Origin: Podarcis melisellensis
Taxonomy: Eukaryota
Direction: 5' to 3' (one strand)
DNA: 64,000 bases
Assembly: GCA_964234715.1 (NCBI GenBank)
Contig: OZ174281.1
Under the pieces are notes generated by a model. The model did not search any database. It was not told the DNA's origin and saw nothing but the letters and a program-made list of their open reading frames with translations. Shown in pieces: positions 22,465 through 36,212 of the stretch. Each line of letters opens with the position of its first letter. Positions within the stretch are counted from its first letter, which is position 1. The translations under genes were made by a program, and so were the position numbers.

Positions 22465-25400
22465 CTGAAAGGAAAAGAATATGAAAGCCAAACAAGGGTC
22501 AGATTAATTGCAATATGTTTGGCAGCTGCCTGCCAGTGGCGAATGTTTCTACACACAAAAAAAACCCCTCCCTTGTCACAAGCTTTTCCTACAGAACTTT
22601 ATTTCTATATCATAAAATCACAAAGCAATTTATGGGTACCCTGAAACATATTTTTATGGGTACCCCCCAAATATATTTATATTCCTTGAACTGTAAACCA
22701 CAAGCAAAAAGACAATGAAATAACAACTTTTAAAAGATTATCTGAGCCAAATTAACACCAGAGACTACTGCAGAGTAGTGTTCAGAACAGCCTGAGGAGA
22801 TTCTACATAACAATACAAAATCTACTCATGAGCCATTATGCCTGGGGTTCCCAAGTACTGCCTATGGGCAACCTGGTGTCCTCAGACCCCCCCCCCCACA
22901 GTGCTTGCTAAGACCCCCCTGCCTGTTCCAACTTTCTGTATTTCTTTATAATTAAGGGATAGTTTTGTGCTTTTGAGATGGTTGTTTGGTTAAGAGGGAG
23001 TTGCTTGTTTTGTGGGGGGAGGTGTTACCTGATTTTTTCCCCATGTAGTTTTGCATTTGTAGGGGTGGAGTGTTTCTGAGCACTGTCTTTCTTTTTTTGT
23101 GTGTGAAATGCATATCCGGTGGGACCCATTACAGTTTCTTAGATTTCCAAATGACCCTCTGCATCCACACATATTTGAGATGCCTGGGTTTTGACAATAA
23201 AAACACTAGTTCAAAGGCATTTGAACTGATATTTAGGATTTAGTGTGAGGTTTCTGAAACATAAAATGTATTTTTAATATTTTTTGGAGCAAAAAGTAAA
23301 ATAGCATCAAAGTCTGCACTTTCCTACAATTGATGTTTGATTGCATATACACACTCAAACAGGCTCTCCTTTTTTAAAGCAGAAATGACAAATATCAAAA
23401 TACCGAGATTGGATTTTTTTGTTTTTAAATTTACTTCAGTTCTCTAAACTGGTCTTAGCCCCACTGTTCACCTTTAGCTTCCAGAATGCTCTGTTGCGTT
23501 GACTTAAGCAAATACAACTTACTCAAGTCCACTTTGTGCAAAGGTTCTGTGGAGTAAAAGAGTAATTTGATGCCGTGTCAACTCACAAGTGTCCTGAAAT
23601 GCTTCAGTATTCACTCTGAAATGTTTCAGTATTCTAGAGCAAGGTTCCTGTATTAATATGTATATATAGAAGGACAGGTGTGGACATGAAACCTTGACCA
23701 CACAGCATGGCAAATCCACTTGGAATTTTTTTTTTTTTAATGCACACAGACAGCTTCTGGCATTTGAAGTATTACACTGCTCAGTGTACTTTCAAAGTTT
23801 TTTTTAGATTGTAGAAAATATCTCACGGTCCTCCCTCAGTATAGTGATCATCCTTCCTGAACATCCACGTGTATCCTCTTTGATGGTCTGAGTGATCAGA
23901 CTTGAGCTACGAGCAAACTGGGCATTTTCCGCTGGTAGTATTGTATGAATGATAGGCTTACTTGATGGTTGATATAAATTACCAATGTCTCAGGGGTTCA
24001 TTAATCCCTGTAACTCACTGCATTATGGGAATGATTTGACGCCAGCAGAAGATGGCAATATAAGTCCTTCAAGGAGATCTGTATCATTGACTTTAAATAT
24101 TCCTATCCAGCCCTTCCATCAGCTTGAAGCTACCTTCCAACTCACAGCAGTCTCTTTTCCAACAATGTAATACTGTATACCACATTATGAAGAACTCTAT
24201 TTTGGTTTCACACATTCCGTTTGAGTCAATATAATCCAAGCAATGTTTCCTTTCCCTTTTTGTTGCCTTTCCCCTCAACCATTTTGACTTTCCCTAACCT
24301 CCACCACCGCCCCACCCCTGGTTGGCTTGGCAGCTTCAAGATGGCCTTCAGTCTGTTAGAGAGCTGGATTTCCCATTGTCCTTTTCTTCCATAGTAGCAT
24401 CTTCTCCTGGCACCAGTACCAACACAGGCTCTTCCCTTGCTGATTACAGCTGCTTCAAGATTCTGTCAGCAAAATGCCAGAGAATGCGTAGAAGCATATA
24501 AAAACAAGGAAGATAGCCAGGTCTCTCTAGCCAGCCAACTGCTTTTTGGCCACTAGTTTTTCACAGAGCTCAGTCTGGTAGCTGGCTGTTGTCAACACCT
24601 CATTTTGACCAAAAGAAAAAAAGAAAAAGAAATGTTGAGTTCTTGGGTGTACAAAATTTCCACACATTAAATGAACACCCCCCATCATCACACACAAAGC
24701 AGAACTTGGTTTCTATGGTGACCAGATATTCAAATGTGTATACAGTACTTCGTTTTCCGTTATGAGTAACTATGTTCTTACTGCATTCCTGCGTTTCAAA
24801 AACATCTCTCCTTGGCTTTAGTGCTTTCTTTTCTAGAGGCGGAATAAAATATTGGAGGAATGGCAGGACTCATGTTAAGACATATTTCTTGCACCCTTCC
24901 CACATAAGTCTAGGGTGACAAGGCATCCTATTTTACAGAGGACAGCACTCTATGTGAAGGGCTGTGCATTTAAAAGTGCTGTTTAAAATTCAAGAATCCT
25001 AAGAGAGAAGTTGCCCATCAACAGATAGCAGCACCTAGAAAAGGGAATGAGAAAGCACACAGGTCACCTGGTTACATTCTTTCCTGAGATAGTGAGATGC
25101 ATTGTGTATCTATTTAAATTATAGTATTACTAAATATGCATCTATGCATATGCAAATTTTGTTCAAATCCATATTCTCATTTTGGATGATACACTTCCTC
25201 TTTTTGGCCATGTGCTCACTCTATATAGGAGGCTTATATATCCACCTTGTACTTTCTTCAAAATTTATCTGTAGATGGACGTCCATCCATACATATATTC
25301 ATTAACACATGCTGACATCCAGCAAAAGATAACAAAAATATTATCCAATTCTAAAGAATATGGGGATGCTGGTTTAAATGCTGTCCCCCAAGGTAGCAGG

Positions 25401-28400
25401 TGAAAGACGTGGAACCAGTTAAGTATGGCAAAAAATAGGTGAATGCAGGGAAGGGTCCCAGAGTAGCTGGGATAGAACTAGATTTAAGGGGATTTTCCTT
25501 TGGGAGTTCCGAAGCCACGGGCTCCATGCTACAGTATAAATCTCGGTGTTTAATTTGGCCCTGTTCTCATCAACATATTCTATAAAGAAAAGGTCAGCAG
25601 AACAGCCAAAGACTCGCATTTTATAAGCAGGGAAGACTACTACAGAGCATCTGGATGTACAGTGTATCTGAGGAAAGTAAGGCTGACATTCCTGGTGCCA
25701 CTTCAGAGCACACAGTTTGTTTTGGCACTCTACAGTGGTGGATCTATTACTTTATATTGTCAAGCTGCCATACCCACATGCTCAGAAATCTACCCACATA
25801 CATGGATTTCCTTGTTACAGATTTATGAAATGTTCTTCTTTAAAGGAAGGTTTAAAATCTAAAGAACTGAGTATGTTGCTATCAAGTATAGATAGGAATA
25901 TATAAAGCATTTCCCCCTCAAGGAAGTATCTACTGGACTTTCTTGTTAAATCTGTACCCAGAAAGACTGAAAGCTTAGCACTGCAACATGTTCAAAATTC
26001 ATCTTAGTGGAATAAGTTAATTTGAAGTTTTATTGTCAGTTTACTGAAGTGAATATTTTTGCATGGTTATGGGCTTAAGCCTATGAGCAGAAAACCCATG
26101 TAGAGAACAGATGAGTAATATCAAACTCCTTATAGTATTTGAAAGCATTTTTCTTTTCCTTATGCATGAAAATGTCAGTGACATCTTACCATACTCAGAT
26201 GTAAAACCTCATGGGGTTGGAGGTAACAGGTTTGGCTTGCACTCTACCAATCAGCCCAGATTTACAGGACAATCATATGCATGCGTTCTTCAAACTAAGT
26301 TCCGCTGAGTTGAATGGGATTTACCCCCAAATAGATATGCAGCTTTTGTTAATGGATTTGCTTGTTATTGGAAATCTATGCACTCAGTTATTACCTTCAG
26401 TGGAGTCCAAGGGAAACAATCATACTTTTAAAACCTGTGTAGCTGATAGAAATGTTTGTGCATTCTATTTGTATTAATATGTATGTAATACATAAATGTA
26501 CATATTTATATGTAATACTATGCCTCAGTGCATTGGTTGCATGTCTGCAAAGCCCTTACTGCTAGATGGTGCCAAATGGTATATGAAGCCTGGCCCCTTA
26601 TGAGGGGTCAGCACGTAAAGCATAATACACTTCTGGCCCAGGACCACCACCTGGAGAAAAGAGTGGTTCCAGATATACAGCAGTTGGCCATCCCTAATCT
26701 AAAAGAACGGAAACAGGATGGTCTCCAAGAAGCTAAGCATCTGTTTGGGAGGGGGCTGCAACAGACTGGATCATCACTGTGCAAATCAAAGTTCTAGTCT
26801 ACACTGTAATGTCAGTATATTTATCTTCTAGTTACTAGCATAGGTACAGCAGCCCAGAATAAGCTCCATAGATTTAGAAACTGCATTTGAAGCAATTAAA
26901 TATCACTTTATCCACTATAAAGTCATACATATATTTTTGTCCAGTTGAGACTTAAGATATTATGTAATATTCAAATAAGACCAGCTAAAATAGAGCTACT
27001 TTTTCCATACAAGAATTCTTGTATTTTACTGGTTATATTAACTGAAGGTCATTCCAAATCAAATGATCCATTTTTTACATCATGTCATCCAATTTTCTTA
27101 ATATTTTGTACACTTGTGGAATGATCAGAACCAAGTTTAAATTTTAATTTCTTTTATCTCATCCCGTTTTAGAGTTATGAGGGTTTGAAATTTCAAAAAA
27201 TTGATACTTTTGACCTTGCCTGATTACACAAAAACCGTAAAAGCTCAGCCCAGAATTAAGATATTTCAAAACTAAAAATACCAATCTTCATGGGCCTTAA
27301 TATGATATGTCAAATGATATGTCCAAAACTGTAGTGATTATTTACTATTTCTAAGAGCTACCTGCAAAATTTCATCTTGGGATCTCAACGGGATCACATT
27401 AAACAAAAATATTTTGTACATACATGTCTGCCTTATTGGGTTCTATTTAGGAGTAATGGGTTTTCTTGGAATAAAACATAATAGAATAAACAAGACTTCA
27501 AACTATAACATCAGCTATTTCAGGGATTTCTTTAGAAAGTTATTCAAGTAAAAGATATCTGAAAAGCTAGCTGATAGCTTGCTGTTGAATGATAGAATTA
27601 ATGCTTTGAAATAATTGTTGTTAGTACTTCATTTCATGAACATTATAACAAAATACATATCAAACAAAATTATGACACCGCTGGAACTCTTTTAACTGGT
27701 GCCACGATAACATCCTTTCTATCTAGTTATTATTTTCAACAAATGAGGAGAATAGAAAAGAAGAAATGTTCCTAAAATGACATTCTGAAAGAGTGAAAGC
27801 AATCAAGGGAACACAAGGATTTCACCACTTTGTTCCATCCACATCTAGTCCAAGAGAAATTGTGACCAAGGTGTATCCCTTTAGCAATGAGAGAGAGACG
27901 TTTGACATTGAAGGAAGTGGGGCAGGCTAAGCCTGATATATTCTCAGCATGTATTTCTGAGCTCTTGGGAAAGAGAAGTATGAAAAGTCTCAGAAGAATT
28001 TTGGTGTTCACAGCCCATGAGACATTCACTGAAATTCCTAGGCATGGTGATGGTCACTAGAAATCCCAGCATTCCATGATTTTAACACATCAGCTTAGGC
28101 TGATTGAGTCTGATGTATTTAATTAGGCATAACTGGATGCAATTTTAAAAAACAAAAGGGAAAAGCTAGGTATGGGAACATGTTTAGCATGGCCACAGGA
28201 AGGTAGCTGCATGTGTACACTGAGTCTCAGTCAGGAGTGTGTACAAAGAGGCTAAACTTAACCAAACTGGGCCAAGTGATTGGATGCACAAGAAGAAAAC
28301 AGGAGTCTGAAATAAACATTTATAGAATAAGACATGGGGGGGGGCTTTAAAAAGCAAAAGATTCAACAGCACTTCAACACCCCAAGCTGTCTATGGGCAG

Positions 28401-29233
28401 ATCACTTTAAAGAGAAAAGGCACCAATGTCATCTAGACTAGATTCCTAGACCTTTATTTTCCCTTTGGGAGATCTGGGGAGTATCATGAAAAAAGAAAAG
28501 GAGAAAAACAAGCCTAATATACTCCTGAACTACAGACTTTCACCAACATATAGCTCTCTGCTCTTTTATCTGTTTTCAGTTAAAGAAATTTTCCTGGTAA
28601 TGTGGTGCAGTGCAATGCAATGAGAAACCCATATTCAAGGCCACCTTCAGTCACAAAGCTCATTGGGTGAGTCCACCCAATCACTGTCTTCCAGTCTATC
28701 TATCTTACAGGGCTATTGTAAATAAATAATTCTATGTACACCACTCGTCAGTTCCTTGGAATGAGTATTAGAGCTATCCATGTATGTAGTTTTGGAGGAT
28801 TTAGACCTATCACAGCCTCCTTAAATCTATAACCCTTTTATTTGTACTTGTCAATTACTGTATCAGACAAGAAGAATATTTAGGAATAAACATATTTCCT
28901 TTCAAATGGGGAAGTGCCACAATATAGGCTTTTACCCAATTAGAAGGGCAGATACATGGTTTGTTCCTCTGCAATGTATCCATTGTGTTAACTTTCTCTT
29001 CCTGCTTCCTCCTTTCTCTGAACCCAGAGAGAGAACAGCATATCTCTTCATAGTACCTGCTTCCTTTCTTGCTTATGAATGCCCACTCACCCATTGTATA
29101 AAAACTCTGTAAAAACTACGTATGTGTAGTTGAGGCTGCACTTTTGTTTGATCTAATTTTAAGGCAGGGCTGATTAAGCAGCTATATTTTGGAACTTCCT
29201 AGAAGATAGGAAATGTCCTGATGGCCACATGTA

Positions 29234-29478
29234 CAGTGGTACCTCGGTTTATGAACCGTTTTATCCATTCCAGAAATCAATTCTTAAACCGAAACCATTC
29301 TTAACCCAAGGTGCGCTTTTCCCTAATGAGGCCTCCCGCCACCGGTGCCCTTTCATGGTTCGGATTCTGTTCTTAGACCGAGGTAAAGTTCACAAACTGG
29401 GACACTGCTTCCCATTTTGCAGAGTTGGTAAACCGAATCGTTCATAAACAGGGCTGTTCTTAAACCGAGGTACCACTG
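29234..29478. mobile_element. Tc1/mariner MITE
   Basis: TIR cagtggtacctcggttta / taaaccgaggtaccactg; TA TSD. Confidence 0.9.
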
Positions 29479-29663
29479 TATATCATTGTAGGATTTGTCC
29501 GCTGGTTCAAGAGGCTGCAGAGCATGGTAAAATATACCACTCACCACAATCCCATCTGTGTCTATATTGCACATGCAATAAGCTCATTGGGTGAGTCTTC
29601 CCAATCACTGTCTTCCAGGATAGGTACAGGGTCGGTTCCTTGGAATGGGTATTAAAGCTATAC

Positions 29664-29714
29664 GTGTGTGTGTGTGTGTGTGTATGTGTGTGTACACACA
29701 CACACACACACACA
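29664..29714. repeat. (TG)n(CA)n self-complementary microsatellite
   Basis: Direct reading; centre tgtaca at 29691-29696. Confidence 0.95.
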
Positions 29715-32161
29715 TATTGTTTAGGTAGTTAAAAAAAAGTAAACCATCAAATGAAACTTGTCGGATTTAAACACATGGATTTCTCATATTTAAAAAGTGG
29801 CCTGTAATAAATTCTGTGGCACTTTAGAAATTATTTTAACAAGAATGTGTCTGGTGGGATGGTTTACATTTCCCTAATGAAATATCCGGGGCTTTCTTAC
29901 TTAACTGACCCATTCACCACAGAATTCATTATCCCTAAATATGTAGCCCTTTGCAATAATGAAATACTATGGAATATGTGGAGCGTGTCCACTATATTTC
30001 ATTTCAAAGAACTATTTTTAAAGCAGTAAAGAATTATGCAGTTGAAGCAAATGATACATTTTCACATATTTTCATTTTACTTATACAATCTTGCTGAATT
30101 AAAAACCACCTATATGCTCTATAAATTGGTTATTTTTAAATGAAATCTTACTACAGTTCAAACACAAATATGATGAGGGGATGGATTTTATTGGGCCAAT
30201 CTTTTGTTGCCAAAAAAGTGCACATTTTCAAGACTTCAAGAACTGCTTTCAACAATAAACGACTCAAGTCTGGCATTTAAATGTACCTTATTAACAATCA
30301 GTTGATCAATCAGCTGACTGAAGTTAAAAACGTTTCTGTTCCCTTAATTTCAATGGGAGAGTTAAGCAGGTGCTTAAAATTCAGCTAAATCGTTTTGGCT
30401 AAATTGTGCCCCTGGTCTTTTAGAAGGCATTTTCCACTGTAAGACATTAGACTCTTAAGACTGTTGCCTACAAAAGAGAATCAGTGCCTTGGGGGAAAAA
30501 AGGGAAAGATTCATCATCTTGGGATTTGAACATGTGACCTAGAATTACAAGCAAAGAGGCTGATGATGTCTTTAAAGCCTAATTCTACTTCTAAAACTAC
30601 CATCATTATTTAGGGGAAAAAATTAGTCCGCATATTGGCAGAAACAAATACTGACAGAGGCTTCTGTTAATCTTGAACTCTTGACCTAAAGGTGCAAGGC
30701 CAAATTGCTTTATGCTTCATATGTCAGCTCCCATCTACAATGTGTACAAAATTACTTGTCTCTAATAATTCAGCTAGAAAATGTGAAAAACTCAACTAAC
30801 GGTGGTGCTCTTGACTTTGTCCAGCAGAATAATGTGTTGATTGTGAGCGCTGCACACCAAACAACACTTAGTGGGAAGCTAATTTTCGGTATGTGGAAGA
30901 GGAGAAGCCACATAAGGAACATGTTGTTAACAATTAACGTTAATAAGCAGCTCTGGGTCCACTTCTGTGTCTGATGTCCCCTAATTTAAAAATAGGCTGA
31001 GTTTTTAATCAAGTGCGCCCTGGGTTGGAGACCCACCCACCACATCAGAAGATGGTGGCAAGAACCCTTGACATGAGAGGAAACGAGAAAATTACAACAA
31101 CAATTACAGAAGCATATCCTCCTGTGGGTCATTTGAACATTGCCACCCCCATGTATAAATCAGACCCAACTATTCCTAGAATGTACCTGTCAGGAGTACG
31201 CTGCTCTGCAACATATGGCTCTACTTAATCAAATATACAATTCTGTTATTTTCAACTCAAGAGTATTCCTGTAAGGCACCCTGTAGTCCAAGTCAGTCAT
31301 TCGCACTCTGATGTGGTCTCAGACATTTAAATATTTATACACTACATTTTATTTATATGTATACGATGTCTGATACTCCTTAGCAGCACAAAGCAACTGA
31401 CCTTTCTGAAGGCCATTTTGCAGTAGTTGCTGCCCTGCCAGCCCATGCGTAACGGGCCTCATCCAAAACTCTGTTTGCTTGTTTTCTGTTAAGCACATTG
31501 CTCAAAATATGACAAAAAGCAGAAATTGGAGCTACAAAGACTCTTTTTTCACAGTGATATTTGAACCAGCTGTAAAGATTTAAATCACACTAGCTCTTGT
31601 TTTATGAACGTCCTTTTACAATAAGAAAACCATGGAATGGCTTGAAAAAAAGAAACTCTTGATACAAAACAGATGTTTTTATCTTTTCTAGCTTTGCTAT
31701 TGTAGTTCTGCGATGGGTAATTAATGCACAGTACTTTGTTTTGGTATTTAGATTGGTAAAGAAAATTATTTTCTTGCAGGCCTGGATAACTTAGGACAAC
31801 TCAAGGCATTTTGAACAATTGCAGGGGAAAATAATCTACATATATATTTGGATTGCTTTGCACCATTATTTTTGTATCAACAGAATAGGATGCAAGATTT
31901 GGCGAATGCTTTCAATGATATAACGAGGGGGAAATAGCTAGAGATACCTGACAGAGGGCTTTATTCGACTAAGTTTTACTCCAAGTTGCCCTTGGAATTA
32001 ATGAATCTAAATAAGTCATGTACAATAATTTCAATAAATTTACTCTTTGTAGGCTTAACACTGAAAACAACCCAGAAGATCTGTGAACACATATCCATCT
32101 CACATGGAGTTTGGTCCTCATAGTTGCTTATCCCAACATCACTGACCTTCTAAAACATATA

Positions 32162-32387
32162 TAGTGGTACCTCAGGTTAAGTACTTAATTCGTTCCGGAG
32201 GTCTGTTCTTAACCTGAAACTGTTCTTAAGCTGAAGCACCACTTTAGCTAATGGAGCCTCCTGCTGCCACTGTGCCACCGGAGCACGATTTCTGTTCTCA
32301 TCCTGAGGCAAAGTTCTTAACCTGAGGTACTATTTCTGGGTTAGCAGAGTCTGTAACCTGAAACGTTTGTAACCTGAGGTACCACTG
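32162..32387. mobile_element. Tc1/mariner MITE, related subfamily
   Basis: TIR (t)agtggtacctcaggtta / taacctgaggtaccactg; TA TSD. Confidence 0.85.
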
Positions 32388-33688
32388 TACAATGAAATAC
32401 TACATATTACAATTCACCAGGTCAGATCCTGATCTCACCGGCATAGACTTAAACCCACCCAAAATGGCCCAAGGAGCTTTAATTTCCTTTGAAAACATGT
32501 TTTATGTGATAATAAAAAGACTTTTACTTTAAAGTGTGGAGAAATCTGACAATAAAGTGAAAGGCTATATTTCCCAAAGCTTTTGCCAAACCTTCAGAAG
32601 TTCACACATGCCCTGCACAGTTAGCTCTCTGCTAACTGAAGAGACAGAAACCCACTATCACAGCCCCTGCCCATTCTGACATGGCTCAACTCAAGATGTA
32701 AGATTTTGATCCTCCAAACTCGTGCTCCCCCACCCCGAAGTACCGGCACCTTTTTTTTCTAGAAGAAAAGTACTGGTTAAAAGTATAGCATTTGCTGTAA
32801 CTACCATGGTGAGTAATGACACCTTTTTTTCTAGGAGAAAAGTACTGCTCCAATCCACTGAATTGCATCCAGGGAGTTGCGAGTGGATTTCTGCTAATGC
32901 AATGGGGCTTCTGCCCCAAACCAATAAAACCTCCTCCACCACAGAAAATGGTATTTTGGAGAGTCAGTGCGCCCTCTGAAATGGCATAAGATGGGCATGA
33001 GGGGCTGCAGTGGAAGCAGGGAATTGGCAGAATTTAGGGGACCGCTTCGTGAGAGTGGAAGTGTCATTTAGTCAAGCATGGCAGCTTTGAATTATCCCAA
33101 TGGTTTGGAAAATCAGGAACTAGCTGTGGGCCCACAAGGTCCCTTTGCTTTTCTTCCCATATGCCGAGGATCAGTTAGTTGCTTCCTGTTTGCAGTAAAC
33201 CATACTTGGGAATGACACCAAACCAGCAAATCATGGCTTGTCAGAATGCAAACCACCATTAAACCATAGCTTTCACTGCTGATGCAAACAGCAGGTGCGA
33301 ACCATTGCTTGCCAATTTGGTTATAATGGCAAAGTATGTTTTCTGCTAAAAAGGAAGTAACAACTGAATCTGATTGTGCGAAGGAGGAAGGTGCACACGA
33401 GTCTGATGCTTGCAAATGTATTTTATTCATTTCTAGAAGTGTTTATGTTCTGCCAACTCATGTAAAATATACTGAAACTTGGTTTGGCATTATAGGTGAG
33501 CTGGGTCTATGTGTTTATGATGTTGTATGCTATCACTTTGCCAGTTCTCCAAAAAGGGGAGGTAACAGTGTGCCCTATCTTCCCTCTCTCTTCACCCTAC
33601 TAGCCTATTGGTAGCCCCCATTTTTAGAAATCCTGAATAAGGGTATACAGATTAACATTTTCATTTAATGTTTCGCTGTTGGCCTTAC

Positions 33689-34038
33689 CTGTTGCCAAGC
33701 TTGGATGGTTTTATGCAGGGAGTGAATAGCATGTTGCCCAAAGCTTATAAATATGGGATCCACCATCACATTTCCATCCAGTATCTTTTCCGCTAAATTG
33801 CCAGAAACAGCAATCTGTCCAAGGACACCAAAGGGCTTCACAACAGCTTGCATTGTTACATTTCGGTATTCCAACAGTTTGCAGTCAATCCTAGTAGAAA
33901 ACTGGATCTCCTTGAAGATGGATCCATCACTCCATTGCCTTAGATAGATGTGTGGTTCTTTGAAAGAAATGATCAAATATTCTAGTTCGGATGGAACATT
34001 TTTATCAGAGATAAATGGATGAAGGAACTTTGGTGGCA
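33689..34038 (-). CDS. VPS13B: VPS13B exon F (350 nt): PPKFLHPFISDKNVPSELEY...HSLHKTIQAWQQ
   Basis: Acceptor tttcacag|TG, donor CAG|gtaagg; phase 1 to 0. Confidence 0.96.
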
Positions 34039-36030
34039 CTGTGAAATAAAAGGGGGAAATCAATAGTACAATGTTGCAAATGCAGACTGGGATTGAGTGT
34101 GTTCAGTAGATCAATATATGCAGAACACTTTACAAAAAGAAAATCAATGTATTTGTTCAGCTCAGTTAAGTAGCCACTATTATATAGAAATCCCATCTTA
34201 TTTCAAACCAGAATAAGCACACGGGAAATGAAAATGAAACCTTAAATTTAAATACTGACAAATAATAAAGAATAAAAATTTTGTTATTCAAAGCCTCAGT
34301 GCTGTCAGGAACTTTATATTATTTACTTTCTTCTAAATCAAAACAGTTAAGTATGTACATGTACATTTACCTATCTGACTGGATTGGGTCTGAGCTGAGC
34401 CATATTTATTTTTTCAAAAGCTTGTGGTTTCTGCTCTGTATGTGCATTTTTAAGCATAGGCTTGAAAATGGTCTAAAGGCACATGATAGAATTCTTGTGG
34501 GAGCTAACCAAATCTGAGTCAGGCCAGTGCTTGAATGGGAAACAGCCTGGGAATCCCACATACAACTCCTTTGAGTTCCACAATGGAAAAAGGTGGGATA
34601 TGAATGTAATACAATGAAGTCTTTTTTCTGTTGGGCAAAATTTAGCACACTAAGGCCCCACACTAAGTAGAAACACTAGTTATCCCTAACTACCATTGCA
34701 ATTACGATGACAACAATAACAGAATCAGCAGAAATAATTCCCCTACACAACAAATAGAGCTAATCAAGAAATAGCCCAATAGTAGTAGAAATATGTACTA
34801 CAGATCGGAGCCAACAAAATATGTTGGAAAGTAAAAACTGGAGACCAAATTAGGATGGAGGGATTAATGCAGATAAACTCATATGATTATCTGTTTAGAT
34901 ACAGCGCTGATGTGCACTTTGGAGAAAAAATGCAACTATTAACAGTAATGGCCTCAACATCTGGTGAACACATAAGGGGCACAGAAAAATATCTACAATT
35001 AGCAAAGTAGAAAGGAAACAGAACTATCCTAGGTAAATTAAATCATACAGTATTTTAAAAATGTAGATGCTATTTTAAGTAAATGGATGTCACCAATCCA
35101 GAATAATGGGATTTTAACTTGCAGAAAGCCAACATCCTATAAATTATCTACCCTATAGCAAGTCTGAAGTAACCACAGCTTTGGATATTTAATTGTCCCA
35201 CTATGAATAAACAAGCAGAGAATAAAATTATAATAGCTGCCTAAGGAAAGTTCTTTCTGAAAAAGGAAAATTTAAATACTGACAGGAACTGCATTTGGTT
35301 CAAGCAGCTTCTGCCTTTTCATTATTTACCATTTGAAAAGTCAAAAATATGGAAGTGCGTGCACAGCTGATAAGGGGAAGAAGGCATACATTACTATCTT
35401 CAAGACTGTACATATTAACAATAGCAAAACTTGTTTTTCCAATATTGAGTTGTTAGGTTGTGTTTTTCTTTTTAAAAGGCTCAACAACTTCAGTAAGAAA
35501 CCCTATTTTTGAAGTGTGCTTAGTTATTTGCTCATCTTTCCTGGAAAGCATTATTTGATATCAGACAATCTAACGAAATTTCTTGGAATAAATTTGACAT
35601 TAACACAGCAGCACATAGTTACTGAACAAAAACAGATGGGACTCCCCTTCCCCTTCTTTTTAGAGTAACAAACGAGCTTCCATTGCTTGGAGTTTGCTTC
35701 ATAATTTCTTTGATAAAGGTGGATGTAAAAACTTCCAGCATCAGTGCAAGTATGCTGGCAAGTGGCTGAATTGGTTCTATCAGATGGCCCAAAATAAAGT
35801 CAAGGGGGCACTTGTGACCATTAGCCAGGACTTTGAAAAGGCAGCAGCGCCTTCTGCAGATACTGGATCCCAAAACACTCTTTCCTACGCATTCTTGCTT
35901 CCGATAAATGGTTGCAAGTTATCTGAGCATATGGTTCCAAGAAACTGCAAATATAAAGCAGGTGGGGTGATGAGGAGGAAATGTAAAAACAACAGTTACG
36001 GTTTTCTTCTTGTGAGTGTACTACACGTAC

Positions 36031-36212
36031 CTGTGCCCAACTGATCCAGATGGTGGCAAAGGTGAAGTTCCAAATGAGCAAACTGAATTGAAACGCCAAG
36101 GGCAGGAACAAACCAAGGGGTAAAACAGGAGTCTACCCTGGTACAGGCTGCTAGGGCAGTAGGAGTTACAAGCTGATCACAAGCACTTTGAGAGCCCGAT
36201 TCACTTTCGGAG
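36031..36212 (-). CDS. VPS13B: VPS13B exon E (182 nt): SESESGSQSACDQLVTPTALAACTRVDSCFTPWFVP...HLCHHLDQLGT
   Basis: Acceptor ttgccacag|C, donor ACAG|gtacgt; phase 2 to 1. Confidence 0.96.

Noticed and set aside
23800-24480. Coding-looking stretch considered as a retrocopy or endogenous viral element
   Set aside because: Hand translation gave stops in all minus frames tried and no recognisable motif; a tblastx search would be needed to revive it.
35694-36044. 116-aa plus-strand ORF overlapping the end of exon E antisense
   Set aside because: Non-ATG start and no recognisable similarity; length is compatible with chance.
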